Source of the DNA: Eledone cirrhosa
Lineage: Eukaryota
Direction: 5' to 3'
DNA length: 64,000 bases
Assembly: GCA_964016885.1 (NCBI GenBank)
Contig: OZ024740.1
Location: forward strand, 377,394,001-377,458,000
Shown one piece after another: positions 26,600 through 43,231 of the stretch. The translations under genes were made by a program, and so were the position numbers. The notes beneath the pieces were generated by a model that was not told the DNA's origin, did no database searches, and saw nothing but the letters and a program-made list of their open reading frames with translations. The first letter of the stretch is position 1. Each line of letters begins with the position of its first letter.

Positions 26600-27451
26600 T
26601 TGCAATGCCTGTGCGTGAAGATCTTTTTTAAAGGCAATCCCACTCTCTGAGTGACAGTAGCTATAACCCGAACAGAAGAAAAGAATCAACATCATTGGTA
26701 ACTACTGAGCTACAGGTTTTATATCGGAGTTATCCCAGTTTCCTGAGTTGCCTTCTCCCAGAAGAATGCCCTGACAAAGGCTAGGCGTCATTCACTCTCA
26801 GTGGTTTAACTGCGCGATCGGGTGTCCAGCCAGATTATTTCTATGTCCCCGCACATATACATACATATGCATACACATAAATACATACATACATAAATAC
26901 ACATTTACACATTTTTAGATGACCGTTGACTATTATGAGTTTTTCCGCCATTTGTACATACATACATACGTACACATGCATACATACATTGATATATACA
27001 TACACACACACATACATATAGACAGACAGACAGATATAAGACATGCATACATATATGGTGGCTGCCAACTCGTTTTCGAGTACTGCCACTACTTTATATC
27101 CATGTAGGAGAACCCCTATCGATGCGCTGAACGAGTGGGACTTTTTATTCCAGCCAGCGACTTGAAAACTTTGGTACAAACACTACACTTGTGACAATTA
27201 TTGACACATAGTGCTGGGCCCATGGTACCATGTGACGACAAGTGCAGAGAGATCTCCAGATATAAAGCAATGTTGTGCCGTGAAGCTTTTATAGAGAGCA
27301 TAGGCACTGCACAAAGCCAGTCCCACTCTCTTAACCAAGATGATATTTACCAAAAAGAAGAACAAGTCAACATCATTGGATACCATCAGGTTTGCAGGTG
27401 TTATATCAGAGTTTACCTTCTAGAATTCTGCCTTGACAAAGGCTAAGGGGT

Positions 27452-27455
<4 letters not shown>
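26600..27455. repeat. Two diverged ~200-bp direct repeats (about 26600-26800 and 27265-27455), probably SINE/RTE-related
   Basis: Shared blocks gcaatg..gtgaag, tcccactctct, tcaacatcattgg, ttatatc.gagtt, tgacaaaggcta.g.gtcat. Confidence 0.6.
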
Positions 27456-27509
<54 letters not shown>

Positions 27510-27738
27510 CATATACATATATACATACATATATATACACATATACATATACATATATATATATATACATATATATTGTTATACTTTGGGAGGGTCATGT
27601 TGCCAATAAGAAACACACGCACCAGTTGCTTTCACTTCAATTTATTATATATTTATAAATTTATAAATTTACAAATCTACAAACTTATAAATTTCTGGTT
27701 AGTTGGTTGGTTCCACAACCAGATAGTTGTTTATATAT

Positions 27739-27783
27739 AGTCATAGTCCTTTCGTCACACACTCTGTGACCTCTTCAGTGACT
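27739..27783 (-). ncRNA. Minimal type I hammerhead ribozyme (PLE pLTR copy 1)
   Basis: agtca-CTGAAGA-g-GTCACA(gagtg)TGTGAC-GAAA-ggac-TA-tgact. Confidence 0.8.
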
Positions 27784-28089
27784 GGGGATTCCTTTCTTCG
27801 TTTCTGTGCCTTTCCTTTCTTCTATCCTACGCCATTTTGTTTCTGTGTGTGTGTTGTGTGCTCAGTTTGCGCATGCGCCACATCCGGGTGTCTGTGTGTG
27901 TTTGTGTTCATTTATCTATTTGTTTATTTATTTATTTATTGTTGGTTGGTTGTTTGTTCTATGTGTGTGTGTGTTTTCATTTTGTCCGGATGTGGCGCAT
28001 GCGCAAACTGAGCACACAACATACACACAGAAACAAAATGGCGTAGGATAGAAGAAAGGAAAGGCACAGAAACGAAGAAAGGAATCCCC

Positions 28090-28134
28090 AGTCACTGAAG
28101 AGGTCACAGAGTGTGTGACGAAAGGACTATGACT
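28090..28134 (+). ncRNA. Minimal type I hammerhead ribozyme (PLE pLTR copy 2)
   Basis: Same motif on the + strand. Confidence 0.8.
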
Positions 28135-28358
28135 ATATATAAACAACTATCTGGTTGTGGAACCAACCAACCAACCAGAAATTTATAAGTTTGTAGATTT
28201 GTAAATTTATAAATTTATAAATATATAATAAATTGAAGTGAAAGCAACTGGTGCGTGTGTTTCTTATTGGCAACATGACCCTCCCAAAGTATAACAATAT
28301 CGGTTTCAACACACGATTTCAGATAAAGAATCTTGCTAAACAAATTCAGAAACGAAAT

Positions 28359-28445
<87 letters not shown>

Positions 28446-28602
28446 TATATTTATATATACACATATATGTATACATATATATATATATACACATATATAC
28501 ATATATATATACACACACATATATATATACATACATATACATATATATACATATATATACACATATATATATATAGACATATATATATATATATATACAT
28601 AT

Positions 28603-28639
<37 letters not shown>

Positions 28640-28946
28640 CACATACATATACTTATATATACACATACACATACACACATATATATATATACACACACAT
28701 ATATACACATACATATATATACACACACATATATACACATACATATATATACACACACATATATATATACATATATATATATACACATATATATATATAC
28801 ATATACGTACATACATATATATACATATACACATATATATATACATATATATACATATACACATATATATATACATATATATACATACATATACATACAT
28901 ATATATATATATATACACATATATATATATATATACATATATATAC

Positions 28947-29011
<65 letters not shown>

Positions 29012-29239
29012 CATACATATATATACACATATATATATACATATACATATATATAATTATACATACATATATATACATATATATATATACATATATATAC
29101 ATATATATATATATACATATATTATATACATATATATACATATATATATATACATATATATATATACGTATATATACATATATATACGTATATATATATA
29201 CATATATATATACATATATATATACATATATATATATAC

Positions 29240-29270
<31 letters not shown>

Positions 29271-29417
29271 CATATATATATACATATATATATACATATA
29301 TATATATACATATACATATATATATACATATATATATACATATATATATACATATATACATATATATATATACATATATACATATATTTATATACATATA
29401 TATATATACATATATAC

Positions 29418-29466
<49 letters not shown>

Positions 29467-29529
29467 CATATATATACATATATATATATATACATATATA
29501 TACATATATACATATATATATATATATAC
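28359..29529. repeat. (AT)n microsatellite with AC interruptions
   Basis: Seen directly. Lies between inverted pLTR copies 2 and 3. Confidence 0.97.
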
Positions 29530-29729
29530 ATTTCGTTTCTGAATTTGTTTAGCAAGATTCTTTATCTGAAATCGTGTGTTGAAACCGATATTGTTATACT
29601 TTGGGAGGGTCATGTTGCCAATAAGAAACACACGCACCAGTTGCTTTCACTTCAATTTATTATTTATTTATAAATTCATAAATTTCTGGTTGGTTGGTTG
29701 GTTCTACAACCAGATAGTTGTTTATATAT

Positions 29730-29774
29730 AGTCATAGTCCTTTCGTCACACACTCTGTGACCTCTTCAGTGACT
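29730..29774 (-). ncRNA. Minimal type I hammerhead ribozyme (PLE pLTR copy 3)
   Basis: Same motif, about 200 nt downstream of the EN stop codon. Confidence 0.8.
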
Positions 29775-29976
29775 GGGGATTCCTTACTTTGTTTCTGTGC
29801 CTCTCCTTTGTTCTGTCCTACGCCATTTTGTTTCTGTGTTTGTGTTGTGTGCTCAGTCTGCGCATGCGCCACATCCGGGTGTCTGTGTGTGTTTATGTTC
29901 ATTTATTTATTTGTTTATTTACATGTTACTGGTTGGTTGTTTGTACTATGTGTGTGTGTGTGTTTTCATTTTGTCC

Positions 29977-32900
29977 TTAATTGTAAGTTGTGATATTACT
30001 GTTCCACTCATATTTTCTATTTAATTTTGTTTGTAATTCTTTTATGTTTATTGCCTCTGTAATTTGTCTAAACATTGCGTCTTTTCTGTGTGTAGATTCT
30101 ATTTTTATTTCTATGTTCTCTAATTTACCCTTGTGTTCTATTTTAGCATGTTGGTATAGTACAGATGATTCTTTATTATCTTGAAGGTCTCGCCAGTGTT
30201 CATTTATCCGTTCCCCTACACTACGAGCTGTCTCACCTATGTACACTATATGTTTGTCTCTACATTGTCCTTCAGTACATCTTATGCTATACACTACATT
30301 TCTAGTTTTACAGTTAATATGGAGGCTTATTTTACAGGTTATACATTTCTTATCTATACATGAGGGTCTTTGAAAAGGGTATGTCTTGCTAATAAGTGTT
30401 TTTACGGAAGTACCTGGTCTTTCTACTATATTAATATTGAGTTTATGTTTATTTAGGGCCCTTCTAAATTTGTAAGCTAATTCACCTCTAGGGGTTGTAT
30501 CGATGAACATTACACTCTGGTATTTATTGCTATCATACCATGAGTTTATTCTATTAGCCTTGTTCCTAGTTCTTTCTATTCTATTCCAAAATTTGCTCCT
30601 ATACAAGGGGCAGGTCCCATTTATATCATTATTTACCATTTTTTCCCATTTGGTTCTGGCTCCTCTATACACTCTGATTTTATCTCTCTGATTCTAGCCA
30701 GAGAACTGCATACGGTGGATGAAGTGTTGTATGTGTCTCTCTACTTCTTTGGGGTTGCACATGCGGGACACATTTCTCATCACCCGTACCAAATCCGCAA
30801 TCAGTATGTTTATTTTGGTATGGTCCGAAATGGCCGAGTTTCGGTGGATCAGATGTTTGGAAGTCATGGGTTTGGCATAATGGGAATGGAGGATTTGTTT
30901 TTTGTTGTTAATGGTATCTAACCAGAGCTCTGTGTCTAGTACAGGTAATCGATGGTTGGGGTGTTTACTTGGGTAGTCTATAGTAACTCTAATGCTCTGG
31001 TGGGTGGAGTTTGCTATTTGCTGGATGCTTTCCATTGTGTTTTTCCCTAGTTCCTGACTGTTCTCTAGTGGGGGTGTCTTAACTACGATGTTTATATCAT
31101 CTACGTAGCGGGAGTACCTTATTAGGGTTAAGGGGTCTTCTAATTGTTCTTTAAGTTTAAGTTTAAGTCCACTGTCCCACCATACCATGAATAAGTTAGC
31201 TATGTCGCCTGCAATGCTAACACCAATGGCTGCTCCTTCCTCTTGGGCATATGTTTTTCCATTAAATTTGAACATATGTTCCTTAAGGGTTAGTTTTATG
31301 TTGGCCCCTACCGCATGTGCAATCATTTTCTTCAGTTCGTCGTGGTTTTCGGGTGTCCGTATGGCTCTGGTCCACCCGTTCCATCTATCTGTGTGGGTTT
31401 TCTTGGCCATTGAGGTAATGGTAGGTGGTCTGCCTCTTGCTGGTCTTGTAGGGCACAGGTTGCTAAGGTCATATGTGTCTAGGTAATTATTACTATAGGT
31501 AAGTTTAAGTAGGAGTCCCAGCTCACTGGTATCAATCCCACGGAACTCAACCTTGCTCTCACTGATCATTTCTACGCATTTCTCCACAGCAAAATCCACG
31601 TCAATAGATGGATACAGGGACACAACATCCATACTGCCTATTATGCAGTTTGTTAGGTCCCCAGATCGGTTACTCACGCCGATTCTGCTGAGGAGGTCCT
31701 CCGTGCTGTCACATACATCTGGGGACATTTAAATGATGGGGCGTATGATCAGGGAGAGGAAGTAGGACAGTCTGTAGTTACTAGCAATGTTAGCTCCACA
31801 GACTGGCCGTGTTGGTGGTCCCGCGACAGCGTCACAGCCCGTTTTATGGTCTTTTCGAAGCCCATACAACGCCGGCACGTCATTGTTCCAGGCCTGGAAG
31901 TTGTTGGCAGTCCTTTTGTTGGGCTGCATTATATTCGTCCACATCACCATATGGGCATTGAGGCCTTTTTCTCTATCCTCATGCTCCTGTGGTGTTACCT
32001 CTCTTGTGTTAGTGATGTGGGGTTGCATTGCCTGGATGTAGTTTGGCAGGCTGTCAACCGACATTCTGCCAGACTTGTCTGTTGGAAAGCATGCTATCTC
32101 TCCATTACGCGAGCGCTGCATGAGCTTACGCAAGCCATTTGCAGATTTTTCTCCCAGTTGCTGGGCCTCCATTCTATTATGCTTCTTGCTATACTGTTCT
32201 ATAATATTTCTAAGTTCGGATCTAGCTATACTAAATTGTGCTTCTGTTTGTTCATCGACCTGCGACGGCAATTACGTGCGTTTGTTAAATGGTAAAGTCG
32301 TGGCGTGGACTCGTCGCAGGTCGAATGATTTATCGGAGGGATTATAAAACGTAGAGTTCCAGGCTGCTGCTTTATGTGTACTAGTGCTATTGTTATTGTT
32401 AGTTGTGTTGTTTCTATTTCTATTTCCACCAACCGCCTCATGGTTGTTTCTATGTCTCTCATAATTACTCCTGTCTCTTTCCACTGGCTCATTGTTGTTA
32501 TCTACCCTATTTTGTGTGTCTGTGTGTTCGTCTTGGTTATTCTCTTTGTCCTTAGTCTCCCTTCTCCCTTCTCCTTTTAATCCTATTACTTTCCCTTATT
32601 TCTGTGATTTCTGTGCTACTGTCATTACTTGTTTTCTGTGTCTGTGTGTTTGTTAAGATTGTGGTGGTGGTGAGAGGCATTGAATGCGTGTGTGTTGTTG
32701 TTGTTGATGTGTGCTGTTGTTGATGTGTGTTGTTGTTGTCTCCGTGTGTGTTTTGTTGTTGTGTGTGTTGTTATTGTTGTTTGTGTCTGCGTGTCTGTTG
32801 TTGTTGTTTCTGGGTATGTTGTTGTTGTTGGTGTGTGTGTTGTTGTTATTGTTGTTTGTGTCTGTGTGTGTGTTGTTGTTATTGTTGTTTGTGTCTGTGT

Positions 32901-33412
32901 GTCTGTTGTTGTTGGGATGTGTGTTGTATATGTGTGTGCGTATATTGTTGCTTTTGTTTTTGTTTTTGTTTTTGAGGCTCCAGCGTAGTTTTGTAAATGA
33001 TTTTTCTATTTCTGACAGACAACTAATCATATTTACCTTCTTGAATGTCGCAAATTTCGGGGGTAAACATAACACAGACATCTCATCGTCATCTATTCTT
33101 GTGTTACCATATATATTTGTGTTGTTGTTGTTGTTGTTGAACTCTTCTGTTAATGAGGTGTCGGCCATATTTATACCGTCAATTTTGTCGGGATATCTAT
33201 TGGTATTCTCTATAGTATCCTGATTTAGCTTTATCTGCTTAAGCCACTTTAGTTTCTTGTTAAAGTGCTTATCACATTCTTGAGTAATGTACTGTTCTTC
33301 AGGGCGTATAAGGCTTATAAATATTAGTTTCTCTCTTGGTGTGGTGATCCTAGCTATTTCTTGTATTAGGTTACGCTTATGTTTTTTTGATGACTTAATT
33401 CTCTATAGATCT
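29977..33412 (-). pseudogene. PLE polyprotein (RT + C-terminal GIY-YIG endonuclease), interrupted by stops
   Basis: LPPKFA..KLRW; PTDKSG; PALYGLRKDHK; PTRPV; SMDVVSLYPSI; GAAIG; RYVDD; LPVLD; Cys linker CIDKKCITC..C; VVYSIRC..YIGETARSVGERINEH. The RT/EN segments are in one frame, separated by TAA/TAG. Confidence 0.92.
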
Positions 33413-34055
33413 TGGGACCTGCCCCTTGTATAGGAGCAAATTTTGGAATAGAATAGAAAGAACTAGGAACAAGGCTAATAGAATAAACTCATGGTATGAT
33501 AGCAATAAATACCAGAGTTTAATGTTCATCGATACAACCCCTAGAGGTGAATTAGCTTACAAATTTAGAAGGGCCCTAAATAAACATAAACTCAATATTA
33601 AGATAGTAGAAAGACCAGGTACCTCCGTAAAAACACTTATTAGCAAGACATACCCTTTTCAAAGACCCTCATGTATAGATAAGAAATGTATAACCTGTAA
33701 AATAAGCCTCCATATTAACTGTAAAACTAGAAATGTAGTGTATAGCATAAGATGTACTGAAGGACAATGTAGAGACAAACATATAGTGTACATAGGTGAG
33801 ACAGCTCGTAGTGTAGGGGAACGGATAAATGAACACTGGCGAGACCTTCAAGATAATAAAGAATCATCTGTACTCTACCAACATGCTAAAATAGAACACA
33901 AGGGTAAATTAGAGAACATAGAAATAAAAATAGAATCTACAGACAGAAAAGACGCAATGTTTAGACAAATTACAGAGGCAATAAACATAAAAGAATTACA
34001 ACCAAAATTAAATAGAAAATATGAGTGGAACAGCAACATCACAACTTACAATTAA
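33413..34055 (+). pseudogene. Inverted duplicate of the PLE GIY-YIG domain
   Basis: ORF 33426..34055 is nearly identical to 29977..30672, differing at only a few residues. Confidence 0.93.
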
Positions 34056-34255
34056 GGACAAAATGAAAACACACACACACATAGAACAAACAACCAAACA
34101 GTAACATGTAAATAAACAAATAAATAAATGAACATAAACACACACAGACACCCGGATGTGGCGCATGCGCAGACTGAGCACACAACACACACACAGAAAC
34201 AAAATGGCGTAGGACAGAACAGATGAGAGGCACAGAAACAAAGAAAGGAATCCCC

Positions 34256-34300
34256 AGTCACTGAAGAGGTCACAGAGTGTGTGACGAAAGAACTATGACT
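34256..34300 (+). ncRNA. Minimal type I hammerhead ribozyme (PLE pLTR copy 4)
   Basis: Same motif, with stem III variant GAAA-gaac-TA. Confidence 0.8.
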
Positions 34301-34910
34301 ATATATAAACAACTATCTGGTTGTGGAACCAACCAACCAACCAACCAGAAATTTATAAATTTATAAATTTATAAATATATAATAAATTGAAGTGAAAGCA
34401 ACTGGTGCGTGTGTTTCTTATTGGCAACATGACCCTCCCAAAGTATAACAATATATATATACATATATATATATACATATATATATATACATATATATAT
34501 ATACATATATATGCATATATATACAATATATTAACAAATGGAAACAATATTTATAAAACCATATTTATTTCATTATACATATTTCAAGGGCGACCAAGGT
34601 AAATTATGATGCGCTTTCATCAGATAAAATACAGATTTGTTTTATAAATAAATATTGACATACCCTGAAAAAATGCAACCTTACCAGTTGAAGCTTCCTG
34701 GATAGTGGAGATATTAGATTTATTGTTGATTTAGTATGCAAATTAGTATCGGAAAGGTTTAAATAACAGTATATTTAAATTAAACCGTTGGAAGAGGGAA
34801 AAAAGAAAGAGAAAGAGAAAAGGAATAATTTATATATATTTTTGCCAGTGGGAGAGAGTAAACGTGACTATATTTAAGTGAGAGAGAATATTAGTTATAA
34901 GGACAATAAT

Positions 34911-35097
34911 TGTTTCTACTTTAGGCACAAGGCCAGCAATTACCCAGTGCATTACTGGTACTTTATTTTATCGACCCCGTAAGGATGAAAGGCAAAGTCA
35001 ACCTCGGCGGGATTTGAACTCAGATCGTAAAGGGACGTAACTATGCTGGAAAACATGGCGTCCGACCCTCTACCGATACTGCCAATCCACCGCCCTC
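34911..35097 (-). mobile_element. Full-length tRNA-derived SINE with perfect 17-bp TSD
   Basis: gttataaggacaataat at 34894-34910 and 35098-35114; A and B boxes present. Confidence 0.95.
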
Positions 35098-35272
35098 GTT
35101 ATAAGGACAATAATAGCGTAATTTTGTTTACGTGAGAGGAGAGAAGAAGCGAAGAAACGAATATAGCGTGGATGAATAATAGCAGGATTCATTATAATGA
35201 TAGGTTGAACAATTTTATCTAAGGTTTAATTAATAATTTAATAGTTTAATCATTATTTTAAATCATTACCTC

Positions 35273-38057
<2,785 letters not shown>

Positions 38058-38100
38058 ATGATAGGAGGCTGAACTTGTGTAAATCCTTGAAAGGTTTATT

Positions 38101-38158
38101 ATACTATGATCATTTCAATGATCGGGTTCCGTATGAATCCGGTGATATCATCGGGTAT
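38101..38158 (-). ncRNA. Type I hammerhead-like motif (CCGAUGA core variant) in a probable PLE terminal remnant
   Basis: atac-CCGATGA-[imperfect ~12-bp stem II]-GAAA-TGATCA-TA-gtat-AATAAA, then (AT)n about 40 nt further on. Confidence 0.65.
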
Positions 38159-38774
38159 TGGAAATACAATAAATGAATGTAATAGGTAAAATCCATGGGT
38201 CTGAAAATCAAAGACAGAGGGACGACCGACCATCTAGCATCTTCCACTTTAGCCGATCGCCCTCAAGTGTTGGCTATTCAGTCTACTTGAGGCCATCTGG
38301 TGAGGGGGGTAAAGATTTTATTGTGCTACTACCCTCCCGGTCAAATAGAAAGGGAGAGGAAGATAACTCAGCGTTAATATCATGCTACACGAAAAAAGAC
38401 AGAAAGAAGGGGGAAGAAAAGGAAGAAGAAGAAAAGTCAGCGTTGATGTCGAGCTACAAGAAGAAAGACAGAAAGAAAGAGGAAGAGAAGTCCGTACTAA
38501 TGTCAAGCTAGTCAGGCCAGGAGTGGCGCGAAAATTTGTTATTCTAAACGACCCGTATCTTAACAGAGGTATATATTATAACAGAGGTAAATATAGTGGG
38601 TGTCTGCATGTTATAATGTGTGAGCAGAAGATTGAACGTTAATTTTTGTTTAGATCTATAGGATGAAGTTACTAAAATTCAATATTTAATATTAGCATTA
38701 TACAATTTAAGAATTTAGAAAATTGAAAATTAAACAGTTTAAAATTTTTTAAGGTTTTGGTTGCGAGGTTTAAG

Positions 38775-39876
38775 TAAAGAAAGAGTCTCTTGATGGCTTG
38801 CACGTCCTGAAAACAGGTCCTTTTGATGGCCCTCTTGAACTTGGGGGAAAGGAAAAAAAACACAATGAGCCAGGTCGGGTGAGTAGGGTGGCTGCTCCAG
38901 CATGGTGATGTTCTTCTCGGCCAGAACAGCCGGATGCTCAGGCCGTTGCGATCCGGTGCGTTGTCACGGTGAAGAAGCCACGAGTTGTCCTGTCACAATT
39001 CTCGCCTCTTCTCGTGCACTGAACGAAACAAACGCCACAGAATCTCTGGTTGATCGCCTGGCGCTGTGGCAAGAACTCTATGTGAATGATGCCCCTCACA
39101 TTGAAGAACGCAATCAACATGATTTTGATTTGAAACTTCTACACTCTTGCTTTCTTCAGTCTCGACGACTCCGAATTCCACTGAAGGCTCTGGCGCTTAG
39201 ACTCCGGATCGTACTCAAAGATCCATGACTCGTCACCGAAGATGTGCAAGTATGGTTCGGTTTCAAGACGCTCGATGATGACCTGATATATCTGCATGCG
39301 ACGCTCCTTCTGGTTATCGTTCGGCAGCTTCGGCACCATCTTCGTGCAGATCGTCTGCATGCCCAAATCTTCGGTGATAATCTTCCAAATGCTGTCGTGG
39401 TTCATGCCCAGCTCACTTACGATTAGTCAAACAGTCAATTGACGATCGCTACGTACCACCGGCCTCACAACGCTCAGTGTTGGCCTCAGTCCTGCTCGTT
39501 GAAGGCCTTCCGCTCTGGGTGTCGTCTTACACGTCCTCGCGTCCCTCTTTGAACATGTTATGCGACTCGAAAACCTATGAGCGCGACATCATCTCATCTC
39601 ACTACACTTTCTGCAGTATTCCGAGTACTTGTGACTGAGTTTTCCCCAGCCGGACTTCGGGCTGGTTCGTTGCTCTGTGTCCACGTCTCGATCGCCAACA
39701 ACTGAAGAGTTGTTAACAAAATCACGTGAAAAAACATACAATGCCTGCAGAGAGCGGAGATCGCAGTTATATATACTCCAGATATTACGTCACACGGTGA
39801 CGTAACCCGCCAATCCCTGCCCAACTCATAGCTCACACAGCAGACTAATTTAGGTACGTTTCTAACACACCTCGTA
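38775..39876 (-). mobile_element. mariner (Tc1/mariner) DNA transposon remnant, one end retained
   Basis: KMVPKL, GDESWIFEYDPESKRQSLQW, MLIAFFNVRGIIHIEFLP, PYSPDLA, FQDVQAIK in broken frames. Terminus TA|cgaggtgtgttagaaa at 39876. Confidence 0.9.
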
Positions 39877-42800
39877 TATACTCATATCAAAGTCGACTGC
39901 GCATCAATCTTCCAAAAGAAAAATATATGTATATACAGAAAGAGAATAATCAAGAGGCTGTTCTCTTTAATGATATTTACTTAGTTTTTTTGTGCATCTT
40001 GAAATTTTAGTCCAGCATTTACTATCTCTTTTATCAATCCTAATGCTTGTAGAATATCTTTATTTAGGATATCTTTATTTCCGGATAAATTTTCAAAATA
40101 TTTTGATAATTCCTCTAGTTCCTTTAGAAATGTAGTTTCGTCAGCGGGAATTATTTTATCTATCGAATATATTTTCCGTTCAACGAACTTTGAGGAAACT
40201 TCTTTTTTCTACACAGGATATTTTTATTTCCGGATTTTTATATATTTAACTAAAACTCCAATTATTTTAGAGATATATCCGCTATTTATTGAAATATATT
40301 TTTCATCAATGCACATTGAATTGTCTTTCATGTTCTGTTAGTAAGATCTCAATTTTCTTAATGTATTTGTTTGGATTTTCTTAATGTATCTGTTTGGATT
40401 TGTTTATGTTCATGTTTATACCACTGATTTTCTTTAAGTATTTCAAAATAATGTTTCCAGTATATGTATCTCTATTTTCCCATATATATATATATATTAG
40501 TCTTGACAAAAACAGGGCATCCAGAAATAATTTTATCTCTATACTTCTATAATTTCTATATTCTACTTCATTAAGTGCCATTCGTAATCGTAAGAAAATG
40601 TATTTGACTTCTGTAGTGACCAGGAATATTTTGCTCTCAGGCACGAGCTTTAGCTTCTGAATCAATGATGGAGTCTTCCTAAATCTACTTTTGTTCCGAA
40701 TATTGACTGTTTAGTCGTTTTACGTGTCAACACATTGGTATAACATTTTGTAATTTCATTTTCAATACTGTTTTGGGGCTTTACTATACTTTCATTGTTG
40801 GATATTCATCTTTTTCACAGTTTTCTTTCACTTCTGTTTTATTTCTATTGGATCTATTGAAGTAGGTTTTATTTCCGGTTTTGTTCATGTTTTAAATATT
40901 TGTGCTGATTTTCTATTATTATCCTACAGTTTTCCATTATGCTTTTATTCACCGGTAATTGATTTTTACGTTTATATAAGCCCTTTCTCTATTTCTAGAA
41001 GTATATTGTTTTCTGTTATAAGAGGACTAGTATAGAAGAATGTTATACTGTGTGCAAGCAGGTTATTGCTCAATAGTTTTCTGGGTTCTCTATTTATTCA
41101 TTCTTAGAGCACTTCAGATAATGCCTTTGGTTCTTTTAATGAATAGTTGAATATCTTTCCAAGTACCTGGTGGTTTAAAATTAGATCTTTTCACCAGTAG
41201 CTTACCACATTGTCATTACCAGTCATTAGTATTTTGCAATATCTAAGTTGTTTCTGTGTCTTATTACGTCTCCCTGTGTTTGCTTGATATTTTCCACTCT
41301 TATCGTTCAACACCTTCTCCATTTACCTCTCCAAAAGACTTCTAGTTCTCTTGCTGTTGACGTTGCATTAATTTCTGTTTGTCTTTACCTCCCTGGTTGG
41401 TTTTAAAATCGTTTGAGTGGAAATGAAATGTTTGTTTTGTTCATAAACGCCATTGCTGCGCTTTCACAGTGACAAATTCTTGACATTTAACGTGCATCTC
41501 TTTTTTTTAATTTGGGGTATTTGTTTTTATTTCCTATTTCTCTCTCTCAATATTTCTTAGTTTTTCATTTGTGCATTTTCGCTGTTTATCTCGTTAATGT
41601 TTGAGAGGTCGTTTCTGTTATTTTCTCTCTTTCTCCACGTGTTTGTTGGCCACGTTTTTCTCGGCGTAGATTTCTCTCTACGTGAAGCTTTCAGATGGTA
41701 ACCAAATACGCTTGCTACATAGATGAGTGGATTTATCATCATAATGTTTCTGCATAATGTTTTCGAATGGCACTAACGACGTCGTTTGTGTATGTGTATG
41801 TTCTATTTTGTTGTTTTATCAAATTTTACCTTTGGGAAGAATTGTTTACCTGTTTGCATCTTTAGATAATTATCGTATTCAAAATGTCCAAATATAGATC
41901 CTTCTGCTCTTATATTTTACTCATATTTAATTGCGCTCATATGTTCGCTAGTATACTTCTAATTATAACAATTTTTGGGGTAAATATTATATTTCATGCT
42001 AGATTTTCAGTTTTACTAGCTTACTGTTTTTTAATTATAATATAATTTTGTTTATGGAATATATCATGTAAATACATTTTAAGAGAAAAACAAAATTTAG
42101 ATTGAGAAGAATGTAAAATGGGAAAATATAGAGAAAAAAAGAGAAAAAACGGGAAGGGGAGAATGGCAAGAACTCTAGTGTCACAGAAGAATAGGGAGGG
42201 GAAGGGTGATGATTTGGCTCTGGGCCTAGGGCGCGGTGGTAGAGGGGCTCACCCCGTGGACAAGACCGCAAAAGCATTCCCTAGTGTGTGTTTTTTTTTT
42301 TATTTTCGTTATAAGTGTCTATCTTTATTGTGGTCTGAACATGTATAGTTCTAATGAGTTGTATACCTTGCGTGTATATGTTTTGGTATTTTTTATTATT
42401 ATTATTATAATTATAATACATGTCTTTTAAGTTAATAGTTTTTTTTTTAGTTTATATCTGATAGAATTTCATAAAATATGTGTCTTCTTTCATTAGTTAG
42501 CTTGTTGTAATCAAAAGTAAATCTTAGCTACAATAAGGTTACGTGTCCGTTAAGGATCCCTAAAACGGTGAAATATGTTCGAAGTTGTCTCCCGAACTTG
42601 CCGTTATATTTTTAATTGAATGATATTTTTTTCTAAGCCCATGTCGTTCTGTTTAGTGGGAGGAGAGGGTAATATTCCAATCTATTGAATATGTTTTCAC
42701 TTACTTTAATACTAGTTTATCCACTTTCGATTAATAAAAAATATGTATCAGTAATATACTGTTTTCCATTCATCTAACTATGACACCTATTCTGCAAGCG

Positions 42801-43231
42801 GCTCCCTTGCAAATCGTCACTTTTTATGTATAAAATTATCACTAACAATAGATACTTATAATTTTCTTCGGTATATTAGTTTGTAATTTTCACATTTATT
42901 TTCCGAAACATTTAGTCAGATTGGCACCAAACATAAAATTCATATTAGCTTTCTCGTTGTTCTTTTTATTCGAAATCGTAGAGATATCGGACTAAATACT
43001 AAATTCATTTTACAAGGATTTGCTATGAACAACATGTATAAACACAACATCAACATCAACAACATTAATTTACCGAAGAAAAAAACAACGAGAAAGCTAA
43101 ACAAATTTATTTAGTTGTAGCTACAGAAGGAACCGAAATTATAAATTGCATTTCTCTTGGAGTTACGAACTTAATAATGATTTATTTAATTGTTATAAAA
43201 TGGCAAAAAAAATTCTTTCCGTTGGCTCTAT

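Larger units (their letters stand above)
27575..34452 (-). mobile_element. Penelope-like element (Neptune-like) composite with four pseudo-LTR copies in alternating orientation
   Basis: RT + GIY-YIG body at 29977-33412. pLTR units at 27575-27987, 27986-28358 (inverted), 29530-29980 and 33413-34452 (inverted, includes a duplicated EN). Both outer ends sit in (AT)n. Confidence 0.93.

Noticed and set aside
29977-32655. PLE ORF segments all in one frame, separated only by TAA/TAG (possible readthrough or alternative genetic code)
   Set aside because: The stops fit single substitutions (e.g. FSG-Y to TAG), further stops occur in the low-complexity linker, and the terminal stop is also TAA. Ordinary decay is simpler.
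39900-42430. Coding-like degenerate sequence (DSIIDSEA; FGYHLKASRRE)
   Set aside because: Too decayed to assign. Probably an old retroelement, with no support for a host gene.
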